A stretch of 64,000 bases of DNA from Adineta vaga (Eukaryota; Animalia; Rotifera). A program made the position numbers and the translations under genes. Positions 41,599 through 54,411 of this stretch are shown here, one piece after another. The DNA lies in NCBI GenBank assembly GCA_021613535.1, contig CP075495.1, positions 12,214,001 to 12,278,000 of the forward strand. Direction: 5' to 3'. A model generated the notes under the pieces. The model did no database searches, was not told where the DNA came from, and saw only the letters and a list, made by a program, of their open reading frames with translations. The first letter of the stretch is position 1. Each line of letters begins with the position of its first letter.

Positions 41599-43554
41599 TT
41601 AAACTTGTGTAATATCAATAACACTTGTTGGTCGAGATTCATCAATAAACGGAATATCGTCAAGATTATCATAATAAGAGGATTTCACTGCTGAATTTGT
41701 TGCATTGAAACTAGTTGATGGATTCAATGCACTTTGTTTACCATTTACAGTTGCCTATCAAAGGAAAAATAACATGAACGGTTTTTTATGTTCAAACAAA
41801 AAAAAAACTAATTATTATTTATTTACACTTACGGAATTATTTGCTGCTTTTTGAGATGATTTTCTGCTCGATGATTTTACTGACTGCTCCGGCAGAAGTT
41901 TTGCTTTATTTTCTTGATGTTTCGAGTCTCGTCGACTAGAAATAGAAAAAGAAAACTAATTTGTTACTATGACAATCAGTTTGATTAAACTTCTCTTTTT
42001 TTTTCGCCTATAATTCTAATGATACAACGGTTCTATCGAGAACCGATCTATTCTGTTCAAGAACAAACATGTTTTCAAATTAAACAATTGAAATATTTGT
42101 TATGTAAATCAAATCATTCAGATGATTGCTATCGAAATTATTTAGAAAAGAATCTATCCATTGGTTTTGGACAATTAAGAGAAGTTGAATATGAAAAAAT
42201 AGAAGTTTCAAAACCATCTATTGTTATTTTATCACCCATACTTGAAATTGATGAAGTCGGAATTGTCAAATTAACAGATAAATTAGTTTTATCATTAGAA
42301 AATATTCACGAATATCGAAAACGATATGCAATTGTTCATACTGAGAAAAGTTCCTATCTTATTGGAGGTTACATATTTGATTCAATCAATCTTGTACGTC
42401 AAATGCCTGATCATGACTATAAATATGATCATAAAACGGAACTTCTTCAACCAATTACATCATTACCAACTATGTTAATTAGTTTCGGATTAGCGACTGG
42501 TAAAGAAAATTTTAACTTAAAAGTCTATTGATTTTGTTCAATTAATATCTTTATAGATGGAAAATATCTTGTGATTATTGGTGGTCATACTCCTTCGTAA
42601 ATCTTAACAAAAGAGAAAAATCGACAGTTCATTTTGAAATATTTCTTTGTTCTAGAAATCGACCATCGGCAGACTGTTATATTATGGAAATGAATAATCT
42701 CCCAGAAAAATGGATTTCACTTCCAAATCTTCCATTACCTACAGTAGAAGAACGTCTGTATATGTCAATCATTTCGCATGTAAATTTTCTCTAGTCAGGT
42801 CCGGGAGTTGGAATGATCGATGGTGAAATACATGTCATTGGTGGATTTGATATTTTATCATCGGAAAGTCTTACACATGGAGAATACTATCGTTTAACAT
42901 GGCCAATTGATAATCAATGGAAAAAACAAACTTCAATCGAATCTATACGAGCTCGATCATTAGTCCTTCTAATTCCCAATAATAATGTTCACTCTGGAAG
43001 ACTTATTTATGTCGCAGGTGGTTATAATGTTAATACAAAACGTCGTCCAACAGCTGTACCAACAATACATATGTGTATGTTTTGAAATCTCATTTTTACT
43101 ATTTCGAAATCTTTGTACTATCTTTGATATATAGATAACGAAAAAGAAAAACAATGGAAATGGATTACAACGATACCGAATTTTAAATTAATACATGGTC
43201 TATCATTTAGTGATGATAGATTACATGTTTCCGAGACCTTGTTCAAATCAGATATTGAACATGATACACGAATCATTTGTTCGTATGATTTTAAAATGAA
43301 TCAATGGACAGATTTTAGCCAAAAATAAAATAATATGAGAGTTCTTCTACATACCGTTTTAAACAAATGCATATGCATACGGTTAAACATATTGTCAAAC
43401 AAATCAGTACAGTTATGATAGCAATAGCAAGAAATAAAAATTGCATCATTTCATATTTACGATAAAAGTCATCATTGGTAAGTTTTGATGTCGAATTTAT
43501 TGTTAAATTTGAATCGGAAGCCGACTGATCAGATGATGGTGAGAAATCACTCAT
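41599..43554 (-). CDS. Small single-pass Cys-rich membrane protein (152 aa, 3 exons), transmembrane-adaptor-like
   Basis: Exons 43355-43554, 41833-41935 and 41599-41754 total 459 nt with matching phases and canonical GT-AG sites. Translation: N-terminal NxT sequons, TM ending CLTICLTVCICICLKRRR, tail ...SYYDNLDDIPFIDESRPTSVIDITQV*. Confidence 0.75.
41963..41976. promoter_or_regulatory. RFX X-box-like element upstream of nested kelch gene
   Basis: GTTACTATGACAAT, ~43 nt before ATG 42019. Confidence 0.55.
42019..43328 (+). CDS. Kelch-repeat (beta-propeller) protein nested antisense in an intron
   Basis: Five exons in frame with kelch blades YLIGGY, VIIGGH...WISLPNLP, IHVIGGF...QWKK, IYVAGGY...QWKW, and YDFKMNQW. 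Stop TAA at 43326-43328. Confidence 0.8.
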
Positions 43555-46500
43555 ATTTAATTGACTATAATAATCAACTATCGATAATACATGTTAAATG
43601 ACGAGGCGAATGCATCCAAATTGAATAGTTATATAGAAATATCTACAAGGAACGAGAATAAAAATTTTCAAGACAAAAAAAGTCAATAAATATGTACAAT
43701 GAAGAAAAGAAAATCGAATAATGATCGAATGAATGAATGAAGAACAAAAAGAAGACCTTCAGATAACAAATAAATTCATGTTAATATCGAATAAGTCTTT
43801 TATTCAAATATTTTTTTGCTCATTAGTAATCGAAATGTCTTTGTGTCAAATTAATTGTGATAAACTATCGACACCTAGCCTATGCTAATGATTACATTCT
43901 TCATTTTGCAAGATATTTCTTCTTCTTTTTGTATCCTAAAGGAAATGGTAATGCTCGAGAAGTGTAATATCATCCTTGATTCCGCTAGGAGCAAAAAAAA
44001 ATGATAAGAAAAAAAGACATTTCGTCTGTGAATAGAATAAGTATTTAGAAAAAACAATTTATATTTACGAAATGAACACAAAGAATAGAAGCGAAAAAAG
44101 AACATGCATGCACACTCGAGAAATATTGATCGAATAAGAATATAAAACGAGTTCTTTTTCTTTCTTTCTTCATAAAGTCTATTTAAGCGAAGCCTTGTTT
44201 AAAAGACAATTGACAATGCTAGTCTAGTCTAGTCAAGACAATCATACATAATCTGATCTTCAAAGCCTTTTTCTTAATATAATTTTACTACTTATCATTC
44301 AACAACTTACCAAATAGTTAACGAAATACTTTTATTGTTTTTTATGTTTAACAAGTAATAAAATAACAATGACAATAGTCTTTTGTTATTGTTAAAAACT
44401 AAATTTCATCATTATATGAGTGTACTTATGCGATTAAAAACATACGAGAGGAAAAAATACTTCATCTAGAACTTTGTTGATAAATTTTTCTCATCATAGG
44501 CATAAACAGAAACAAGATGTGCGTTGGATGTCAGTGAGCATAAAAAAAGAGAGATGTGGCACTATTAAGAAAAAACAGACTACAGACGTTTCTTTTTTTC
44601 TCTTTTCCTTCTTCTTCTTCTTCTCTTTCTCTTTCTCTTCGGTCTTAATTCGACATTTTTTTTCTCTCCTTCTTTCCTCAAGTTTTTTTACTTCTGTACG
44701 AGTGACTATGAATAAAATGAAGGTAACATATTGTTAAGCACCAAAAGACATTAAAAGAAAAATGTTCGATAGAATAAAAGTCAATGCCAACCAAGTATCT
44801 CTCATTTGCTTTGGTTTTCATTCTTCATAAATAAGTTGATTCGAGAGAAATTATATTCGAAATCTTTCATTGACACTGTCGCATACGAATGTGTCGATTT
44901 ATTTTGATTGCTAATTTCAAATTGAGTCTATACACGCCTTCGATTTAATCAATATGATAGTCATGAGTGAACATCGACTTCATCGTAATAATATACTGAA
45001 ATGAATATAAACAAACGATTTACTAAAAATTGACCTTATTGAAATGAATACAATCGATCTATATAGACATATTTTGATTTTATTTCGAGATATGTTTTAC
45101 GTGCTCATCGTTCTCTTCCATTGTTGATGCACATTTGTAAAGGATAATTATAGAGAAAGAACAAGAAGAAAATGGTAAAAGACATCAACAATATAACAAA
45201 ACGAAAAGAAAAATCGGAAGAAATATTCATCCGGCTTGCTCTTTACGTTTAAGTTCCGACTTCTAATATATACATAGATAACAAGCGAATGCGTTTCTTT
45301 TTTTTCCTTTATACTATTATTTAACTCCTGCTGTTACTTAGTCTTTGATGGAGTATATGTGTATGCTTGCACATCACGTCCGTTACTGATTGATTTGCAA
45401 ATAGAGACAATGAGAATAGCAAATGCTCACACATTGAACAAATTGTTCTTCTTTTTTTTCCTGTTTACTAGAATGTTATGTATCTGATTCTCATGTTCAC
45501 TAATGGAAGTCTGCTGTTTATCTTACAACTGAAGTCGTTCTTTCTTTTCATCTCTAAACATTCGATTGTTGACTTATTTTCTTATTCATTATATCTTGAA
45601 CGTGCTAAATACGCATCGAATTTTCTTCTTCTTCTTCTTCTTCATAGTTGTCTTGTATTCCTTTCAAATAAATAATCAAATAAAAAAAGAATAAAATGAC
45701 ATTAATGTTCCATTCCATTCACACTTACATACAAACTTTTCTCTTTTCTTCTGTCTTCAATGCTCTATTTCTGAAATTATTAGACTTATTGGAAGAAACA
45801 AGAGACCAAATGCCTGACACATTTGACAAGAACCATGCATGCCAATACACGACATAGACTGTTACTAAAATTCCAATTAGACATTAGAACTAACATGGGA
45901 GTACATCATCATCACGTTAATATTAATAGTGAACCAGAGCGAAACACAAAGAAAAAAGACAATGCTGATGAATGCTCACCCATTTATGTATGAAATTAGA
46001 AAAGAAAACCTGTTTGTCAGTATGAGTTTGTTGCTTAGTTACGGTCGATCAAAAAGGAATAAACGACTGAATAAAGAATAAGATGTAGACAGAGGAGAGA
46101 GAGAATCTCAAACAAACAATGCACGCTACTATTACTAACGATGAAAAAGTGACAAGCTTGCGCTCGTGTATATTCACGCGGCATGCTCACTTGTCCGCAG
46201 ATAATGGACGCACATGCACGCAGGGCAATTCTCATGAGAAAAAGGGAGAATTTCTTCCGGCTTGTTTCACATATATATATATATATATATATTGAGAGAG
46301 AAGAGTACTAATAATCTTCAAAACATTTTCATACGAAACAAAACATCTACTGTCAAATCGATTTATGTTTTTCTTTTCTTCATAGGAAAAAAAGAAACAT
46401 GAATTTTTCTTTTGTATATTTTTAAACATGCAATTCTCAAGGATTAAGTAACTATTAATTGCTTGAAAATGAAAGAAAATTTTATCAGTATATTTCCTCT

Positions 46501-47053
46501 TTTTCTTTCTCTCATGAACAAAGACATACAGGATATGAGCTGACACAAATGAAGAAATAGTAAATATTATTCCGAAGAAATTCTTACCATTTAAAATTAT
46601 GTCAAGAAGATAAATCGCTTACAGATGTAATTTTCTTTCATATATATATATACTTGAATATCTCTGAGATAAAAAGACAGATGTTTTTCCTTATTATAGC
46701 TAACATTGAGCATAAGAAACGTTGCTGTTTTATATCTTATCAAGTACAAAAAATTAACGGATTAATTTCTCCGTTTTTTCTCAAATATTTGGTTTTGACA
46801 TTTGGGAATTCAGTTTCTTTTCCACTTATTAATTAATTCTCCAAGATATACAAAAACAAAGATTAGTCATCTCTTTTGTTTCTTTATTTTGATCTGCTAT
46901 TAACGTAACTACAGAATATTTCTCTGAATTGAATCCAACATATTGTGTATATTATATTTTTGTTAAGTACAAATGACATATGATATAAAAAGAAGAAAAG
47001 GATTATTTAACAAAAATGAATACACCGGTCCAATCAATTCGTCTGTTCTTCTT

Positions 47054-49289
47054 TTACAATTCTGTATAACTATAGTCACGATTAATTCCTAATGCTCGAA
47101 ATATTAACGGACATGTAAAAGATATATTGAATCCAATAGCAAAATAGGTTAAATAATAATAAGGCATTTCAACTTTGCCAAAACGTTTCGATTCCGGATT
47201 TTTCCAATCAAGGCCATAGATTGCACATGTAATACGTAAAACGACAGTTTTAACAATTTGTCGTGTCGCATAAATGAATAACATACCCAATATTGTACGT
47301 ATGACGCATAAACCTAAATTTGGTGCAATAATAGAATATAGTGGTGGTGTTAATGGTCTTTGTAGAAGACCAATTTGATGCATTGCTGTTGTTGCTGAAC
47401 ATAAACCAAATGCACTGCCTAGGATAACTGTTGTATCTGAACGAGCTGTTGACCATTGCTTTAAACTTGGATAACATTTAATAAGAAGAATTCCAAGACA
47501 AAAGTTAAGTATAGGAGAAAAGGAATGTGTCAATTGAAAATCATCTATTTGATCGACATATGGAAACATGATATAAACTAATAATAAAGCATAGATTGTT
47601 CCAGCAACAATATCCTAACGTGAAAGAAAGTAAGAATTATATCATATATATATTAAAATTTTGATTGATGTTTAATACAATATATATGCTTTATATTCAT
47701 TATTAAAGAATAACTTTTAATTCATTTCAATCCAGAGTAACTTTTGTTAAGAAATTACTGTTAGTAGATTATTACTTTTGACATCTAAACTATGAAATTC
47801 ATCTAAATAATTGAACATTGATGTAACAATGTCATATGATAAATCTTTGTCATTTATGGTAAAAATGCTATCTTTTGATGAGGATAATCATATCAGCCTT
47901 ATCCATTTTTTTTTGTATTCCGAAGTGAGCAAGTATTGTATAAAAAATAAAAGTCATATTTACAACAAATTATCATATTTTCGGAAATGAGTTTGTTTTC
48001 CAGTGAAAAAAAATATCTTCTGCATTGTCAAAATGTCATTCAAGTGTTCCTATTTCCGTTCATAAAAACATTGTTATTTGTTTTCTATGAAATGATGAAG
48101 TATAACAAATTAGATTTCATATCTGTCGAAGAAAAATTTACAAGGTCAAATCATTCTGGGTACATTCAGAATTCAACGAAATTGTCGTATGTATTATATG
48201 GTAATTTCGGAAATGTTGCAAACATCAATTATATTCATCGACAGGAAAGAATATCAACTTGACGTTAACAAGACTTTCGATGCATAGTTAGTAGAAACCT
48301 TCTGATCAATCATCATAAATCTACTGATGATTATTTCCTTTCATATAACTTCAAATTATGAAACAAATAAGTTTCTATTCGAGAGCTACTTACAAGAAAT
48401 GTATGCATGCCAAGATATATACGACTGAGACAGACCCATACACATACGACGGCTGCTAGACTTAATCCAAGCCATAGATTGAACTAAAATTACAAATGAA
48501 ATGTATATCGATGTTTTATTGAAATCTTACATCATAGCGTTGATATGAAAGAAGAACTAGTGATAATGGTATACCAGCTGCAAACATGGCATGTGTAGAA
48601 GGAAAACCATATTCTTCAATATAACTAAACAAAGAAGAAAAAAAGATTCTTTGTATAAATATCAATAAATTTTACCGTTTTTCCAGTTTTAAAACAGGTG
48701 GAGAGGCCGGTCGAGGTATAGCTATAATGTCTTTTGTTGCTTGGCCAATATACATAAAGAAGGCCCAAAGTATAGAGATTTTTCTTGCGGCAGCTCCATC
48801 AACATTCCATATCCTAAATAAAATGATTTCGACATTTATTTAAATAGTTAAACAACGAATTTACCATGTTGGATAAAACAGAATATAAAAGATTTCATTA
48901 CCAAGTGCTGCTCCAAATTGAAAAAAATAATACCAAAACCATGATGTAATTTTATAATCAACTCCAGATAATTTATCTCCTCGATGTTCATTTTGATTGT
49001 GACTATGTTGAATTTCTCCAATACATTCATCCAAAACATTCGAATCATAACTTATCTTTCCTTTAGAATGTCGTTTATGAACACCATTGATCGGAAATTT
49101 CTTGTCCATATCATCATCAATTGAAACATTATTGTTATTATTATTGCGATTTAGATTACTATCATCATGTGATGGAATAACATCAGGTTGTCGAGTAATA
49201 TTGGATTCAACACCGAAATATCGCTGAAATCTAGCAACATGTTCAGGTTCATGTAGCCAAATAACGTATGAACGAAGATAACTCCACAT
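47054..49289 (-). CDS. SGPP1: Sphingosine-1-phosphate phosphatase (PAP2 family)
   Basis: LGNEIFYILF, PAP2 motifs KDIIAIPRP / EYGFPSTHA / SRIYLGMH, WSTARSDTT. SGPP1 versus SGPP2 orthology cannot be resolved. Confidence 0.92.
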
Positions 49290-50546
49290 TGATTTGAATA
49301 TAACGAACTGAAATATGAAAAAGAAAAGAAACAAAAGCACCTATTTAATATGATATTGTTTCTTATCAAGTTTCAGACGTAATTCATCATTTTCTTTTGT
49401 GTAAAGATAACAAAAAAAAGAAATGAATTACGCCGAAGAATGTGTACAGACAAAGTGTAACAAGAAAAATGATGTCTTTATCTTCTTTCTCTCGATTATG
49501 TAGACATATGGTTCATTTTCTTTCTCTCTGATTACAATGAATTGAAAAGAAGAGAACACTTGTATTTGATCCGCAAAAGAACGATACATAAGAGATTAAT
49601 TAATCGAACATATTGCAAATATAATTTATTTACTCGAATCTTTCGGAGCGATTGTTGGGGGTATTTCAAGGGTCTGGCCCTTTATTTTTTTCAGTTTGAA
49701 ATAAATGGAGAAAACAATTTTGTTTTTACTAATCACTCACAGAAAAAGAAGGATCCCTGGAAATGATGACGAGATATTTTTCAATGCTGAAATTCATGAA
49801 GAAAAACTACATATGTTATATTTGAATAAAAATACTTTCACATTTTATTAGTTCTGAAATATCATATTGCTCGATTGATGAATCAGTCATATCATACCCC
49901 TTCCTTCCTTTGATTTTTGTTGCGGCTTTACATCCATTTCTTTTTGAAATCAATTTCATTTGGTTATTTATGGATTGTTTCCTTAAAGATGTCACTCACT
50001 TACGTATAATTGAATTTCTTTCAATACAGCTGAATTGTATTGATAAAAATCAGTGGAACAAAAGATTCTCATTTTTCTTTTCCTAAACCTGAATCAACTT
50101 GAAACCGGTTTACTATTTTACAAAACTAATAACATTATCTATATGGAAGAATGTATTTGATGACAAGAAATCTCACTCTCGAGATTTGATACGAACAGTT
50201 TTTTGTCTAAATTTCACTCATACCCTTATCATCAAGACCTAGTTGGTAAAAAACATAGCTAGACCTTTCTTTTCTTATTGTAAATAAAAGTGTATTTATT
50301 CACACGCTTCTTGCTCGTCAGAAAACACATTACATAGGAAACTTGACAGAAGTAGAAATGATAGTATAACTTTTGAAAAAGAGTTGATTTAGGACAAGAA
50401 TATTGATCAGACTACTAGCGACATGTTTGACTGATTCTGATCGAAAGACATGTATAAAAATGAGCTAAATAAACAGAAATTGTGTTCATTTGTTCTACAT
50501 GTGATATTTTGTTTTATTTTATGATTCGATTTTATTCGTCAATAAT

Positions 50547-50560
50547 GTTACTATGGTGAG
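50547..50560. promoter_or_regulatory. RFX X-box-like element upstream of MORN1
   Basis: GTTACTATGGTGAG, ~56 nt upstream of ATG 50616. Confidence 0.45.
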
Positions 50561-50615
50561 GACAACTTTTATGGTGTCGATTGAGCGCTGCATATAATCA
50601 TATAACTAAGGAAAT

Positions 50616-52224
50616 ATGATTGGAGGTGAATTGAAAGGAGCATTTCGCGGTGAAACACGTCGAAGTTTAAGATCAGGTATAGAAGATTGAATATAAAATT
50701 CGGTAAAAAATATTACCGATCCTACTGTAAATTAAGGTTTTGGTGTTTATCAATATTCAAATCCTTTCTTTCGATATGAAGGAACATGGCACGAAGGCAA
50801 AAAGCACGGTATTTATACACAGCTTGATCTTTGTACAAAGTAATTCTATTTTATTCCATTCATAAAGGTTTTGGTAAACTACTCTTTGGGGATGGTTCCT
50901 ATTATCAAGGAGAATTTGTTGATAATGAAATAATAGGACAAGGTACTCGATATTTTGCAACATCTCGTAACACGTATACGGGCCAGTTTTATTATGGTAA
51001 CTTCCGTAGTATTAGTGTTTTAAAAAAAAATCTTCTGATTATCTTAGGTGAAATGGATGGCCAAGGACGATTGAGGTAAGATCGAATGTAGTGAGAGAAA
51101 AGAAATGACATTTTGCAGATAGATTTGATAGATTCCTTCTAGATTGACATAATAATGTTTCTATTTAGATTGGGTAATGGTGATTGTTATGAAGGAAATT
51201 TCAAATCCAATCATTTCGAAGGTGAAGGTAGTTATCTTTCACATAATAAAGAATTATATACTGGTACATGGCACCAACATCGTCGACATGGACAAGGAGA
51301 ACAAACATACGCCGATGAAACTCATTATATAGGTGACTGGATTGCAGATAAACGACATGGATTTGGAAAATTAACCAATGGTCTTGATAATACAGTTATA
51401 TATGAGGTATTTCTTTTCATCTTTTATTATAAAAATGATATAAATAATATATTGATTTATTTGCTATTAGGGTAGTTGGAGAAATGATTTAATGCATGGC
51501 GAAGGAACATATAGTATTGGTGAATCTTATACATATCGAAATGCAATGTTAGTGAATAGTTATCCTATTGGATGGCCATTTCGATTATGTATTAACAAAA
51601 ATAAATCGTCTACACTTCAACTAACAGAACAACCGTTAACAATAACTATTGATATTGTCGATTCTTCAGAAAATAGTAATCGAGTTAAAGCCGATTGTGG
51701 ACGTTTAATTCGATTACGTTGTGGTCATCGAACAAATCAACCAACAAGTGATAGTTTACCTACACCATTGTATGAATTTATATCTTCTAAAACAAAATTG
51801 ATAATATTACCCTTTTTTTTCTAGTGGTTTTCATGTAAATTTGATTCCAAGAAATACAAAATCTTCATCATTAGATGATCAGCCAACATTAGAATCAAAT
51901 GATGAATCAGAATCCGTTGAGCATTCAATGCTTACGGCTTCGGATAGTGGTCGAGCACAATTTGTAGGCATTACTGTTGATACGTTTGCAATTCGTCTTG
52001 CGAGCACATCCGAACAATCATCATCGACGAACACGAATCGTCAAAAAGGTAGTGCATTCGTTTCTTCTTATACATAAGTTCGTATTGTTTTACTTCTTGT
52101 AGATAAATCAACATCATCATTCGTATTTATCATCGATGATGTTACACATCCCGTACCATTCGATAAATCTCTTGAAGCTGTTTATATTCCTGTACAATTT
52201 TCTATGCCTAAAATTTCTCAATAA
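50616..52224 (+). CDS. MORN1: MORN repeat-containing protein 1
   Basis: [50 protein letters not shown] followed by tandem MORN repeats; DCGRLIRL; C-terminal FIIDDVTHPVPF. An alternative 3' end at 52281 is possible. Confidence 0.88.
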
Positions 52225-52280
52225 AATCGAATTTATTTTTATAAAAGAAAATTTATAATACTTTTCTTCTAGATAGAATA

Positions 52281-52692
52281 ATGTCATTTCTTCGTAGTTC
52301 ATTTTCAATTCGAAAAAGTAAACCGCGAAAAGCTGTTTCACGTTCACCATTGAAATTACCTGCTGAAGATCTAGCACGTGAATTAGGACCGCAATATCAA
52401 ACAATTGATGCACGTATTGGAAATCAAAAAATGACGTTTGACATCGCTCAAGGAGATTGGATTACTGGTAATCTTTCTTTTGAATTTGAAATATTATTCT
52501 ATTGATTCTTTTTGTTGTTTATTTCTAGATGGAATAGTTGCTCCACGAGTTAGTTCACGTGAAATAACTAAATTAGAAAAGAAAAAACGTGAATTAGAAG
52601 ATGATAATAATCTTCTTCGAACGAAATTAGATATTTTAATTGAAATGCTTGCTGAAATTACAGCTGAACATGAACTTCGACGTGTTGTTTAA
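52281..52692 (+). CDS. CBY1: Chibby homolog, copy 1 (2 exons)
   Basis: PRKAVSRS, RELG..Y, IGNQKMTF...GDWI, and coiled coil LEDDNNLLRTKLDILIEMLAEITAE. Confidence 0.9.
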
Positions 52693-53453
52693 TTATTGAT
52701 CATAGAACAATATCTTTGTTTTTATTGTATTTTAATTACTTATCATACATTAGATCTGATAGATAAAGATTTCTCACATATTAATAAATATACATCTTAT
52801 ATTTACAGTAATACATCATCAAAAGAAAAGAAAACATTTAAAATATTGTTCATTCCTGTAACAAAAAAGTTTTCACTGTCTTTTCTCTCAATTTATCCAT
52901 CAAATAACTTGATTATGAAATCAAATAGTAACATATTATACTTCACTTATCCATATAGACATAAATGTATAGAATAAATATTATCACGACACTCAGCACT
53001 GTGCAATTGTACATCTCATTGAATGTATATCTATCAAACATACTTGTATTCAAGCAAGAAAAAAGAAAATAGACAATTTGCTTGGAAAGTATAGTTCTAC
53101 TGAGATTTGTCAAGAAATGAAAACGAAAGAATCTAGCATATAAAATCTATTTGTACTGATTTATAAGTTCATGTGAGACACATTTTCACTTACATAAATA
53201 TTTCTTATCTTTTAAATTTATCTTTTTATGTTTGCCATGTATTTAATTCTTTTCTTCATCTTCACATGATAAGTTCCTATTCGATTATATCATAGTTAAT
53301 GATACAAATAATGAATAAAAAAAAAAGAATCAGTAATTACTGATCGCATTTTTGAATAATAATGTTGAATTATGTACATGAACTTACTTGTTCTTATTTG
53401 CGTTTTGTAAAACAGAATATAGGTACAACATTGTTCTGTATTTCAGAAAGAAT

Positions 53454-53896
53454 ATGTCACAACAGAAGCCATTGATGGGTAAAAAAAACTCATTTCAATT
53501 TCGCAGAACCAAACCAAGAAAAGCACAATCACGTTCACCATTTAAATTTAATGCTGATCAATTTAATCGTGAACTTGGTTCTAAATATGAAACCGTCGAT
53601 GTTCGTATTGGTAATCTACGTCTGAAACTTGATTTAACAAAAGGCATCTGGATGCCAGGTAAGATCTAATTAATTCATTTCTTATCATAACAGTTTCTTT
53701 TGCTTTTGTAGAAGCAGTAGAAGTAAATGAATCCGAATCCAGTCTGCTTGATGACGATGATGAATTGTATAGAAAAAAGAATAAATTAGAAGCAGAGAAT
53801 AGTTTGTTGAGCATTAAACTAGATATGTTACTTGAAATGCTTGTTCAAGTCATAGCTGAAGAAAATTTGGACGACGAAAGCAGTGCGACAAAATAA
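53454..53896 (+). CDS. CBY1: Chibby homolog, copy 2 (diverged tandem paralog)
   Basis: PRKAQSRSP, RELGSKY, IGNL...GIWM, LEAENSLLSIKLDMLLEML. Same phase-1 intron position as copy 1. Confidence 0.85.
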
Positions 53897-54411
53897 ATGG
53901 TGCTAACTATGTTCTTTTAATTTCATATTGTAAGTTTCTTTTTTCAATCTATACATGAATCAATAGATAAAAAATCAAAGATATTTTGACCATTATTCTA
54001 TTCGCACGTATCCATTCATTTTAGTTACAAATTATGATTTTCAAATTTCATAGTAGACAAAAGCCATATCTAACATAGAGACTTGTTTGAATTTGATAAA
54101 GTTGTACAATATGTTTTGCATGAAACTAGATAAATAAATACAATTATGTTTTCTTATTCTAATTAGTAGACTTTTGTTACTATAATGATATATATATAAT
54201 CGAAAATATATTATTTTCTTAATCAGAATTACATTTGTTGATAATAGAAAACATTTCCATAAATCAAGGACTTCTCTCGAAATGTATGTCATGTTTCTTC
54301 AACATAAAAGCAAGCGATGATATAAAAGACAGGTTTGTTTTTTAATAAAAATCAACTGAAAACTCGTTTAGATTGTAAAACTTTGAAGAAAGAAACGTTC
54401 TGTGAAATAAA

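Noticed and set aside
44291-44318. ACAACTTACCAA resembles part of the bdelloid spliced-leader exon as I recall it (possible SL RNA gene)
   Set aside because: Only ~12 nt match and the flanks differ. It is better explained as a minus-strand TTG|GTAAGT donor of a 5'UTR exon.
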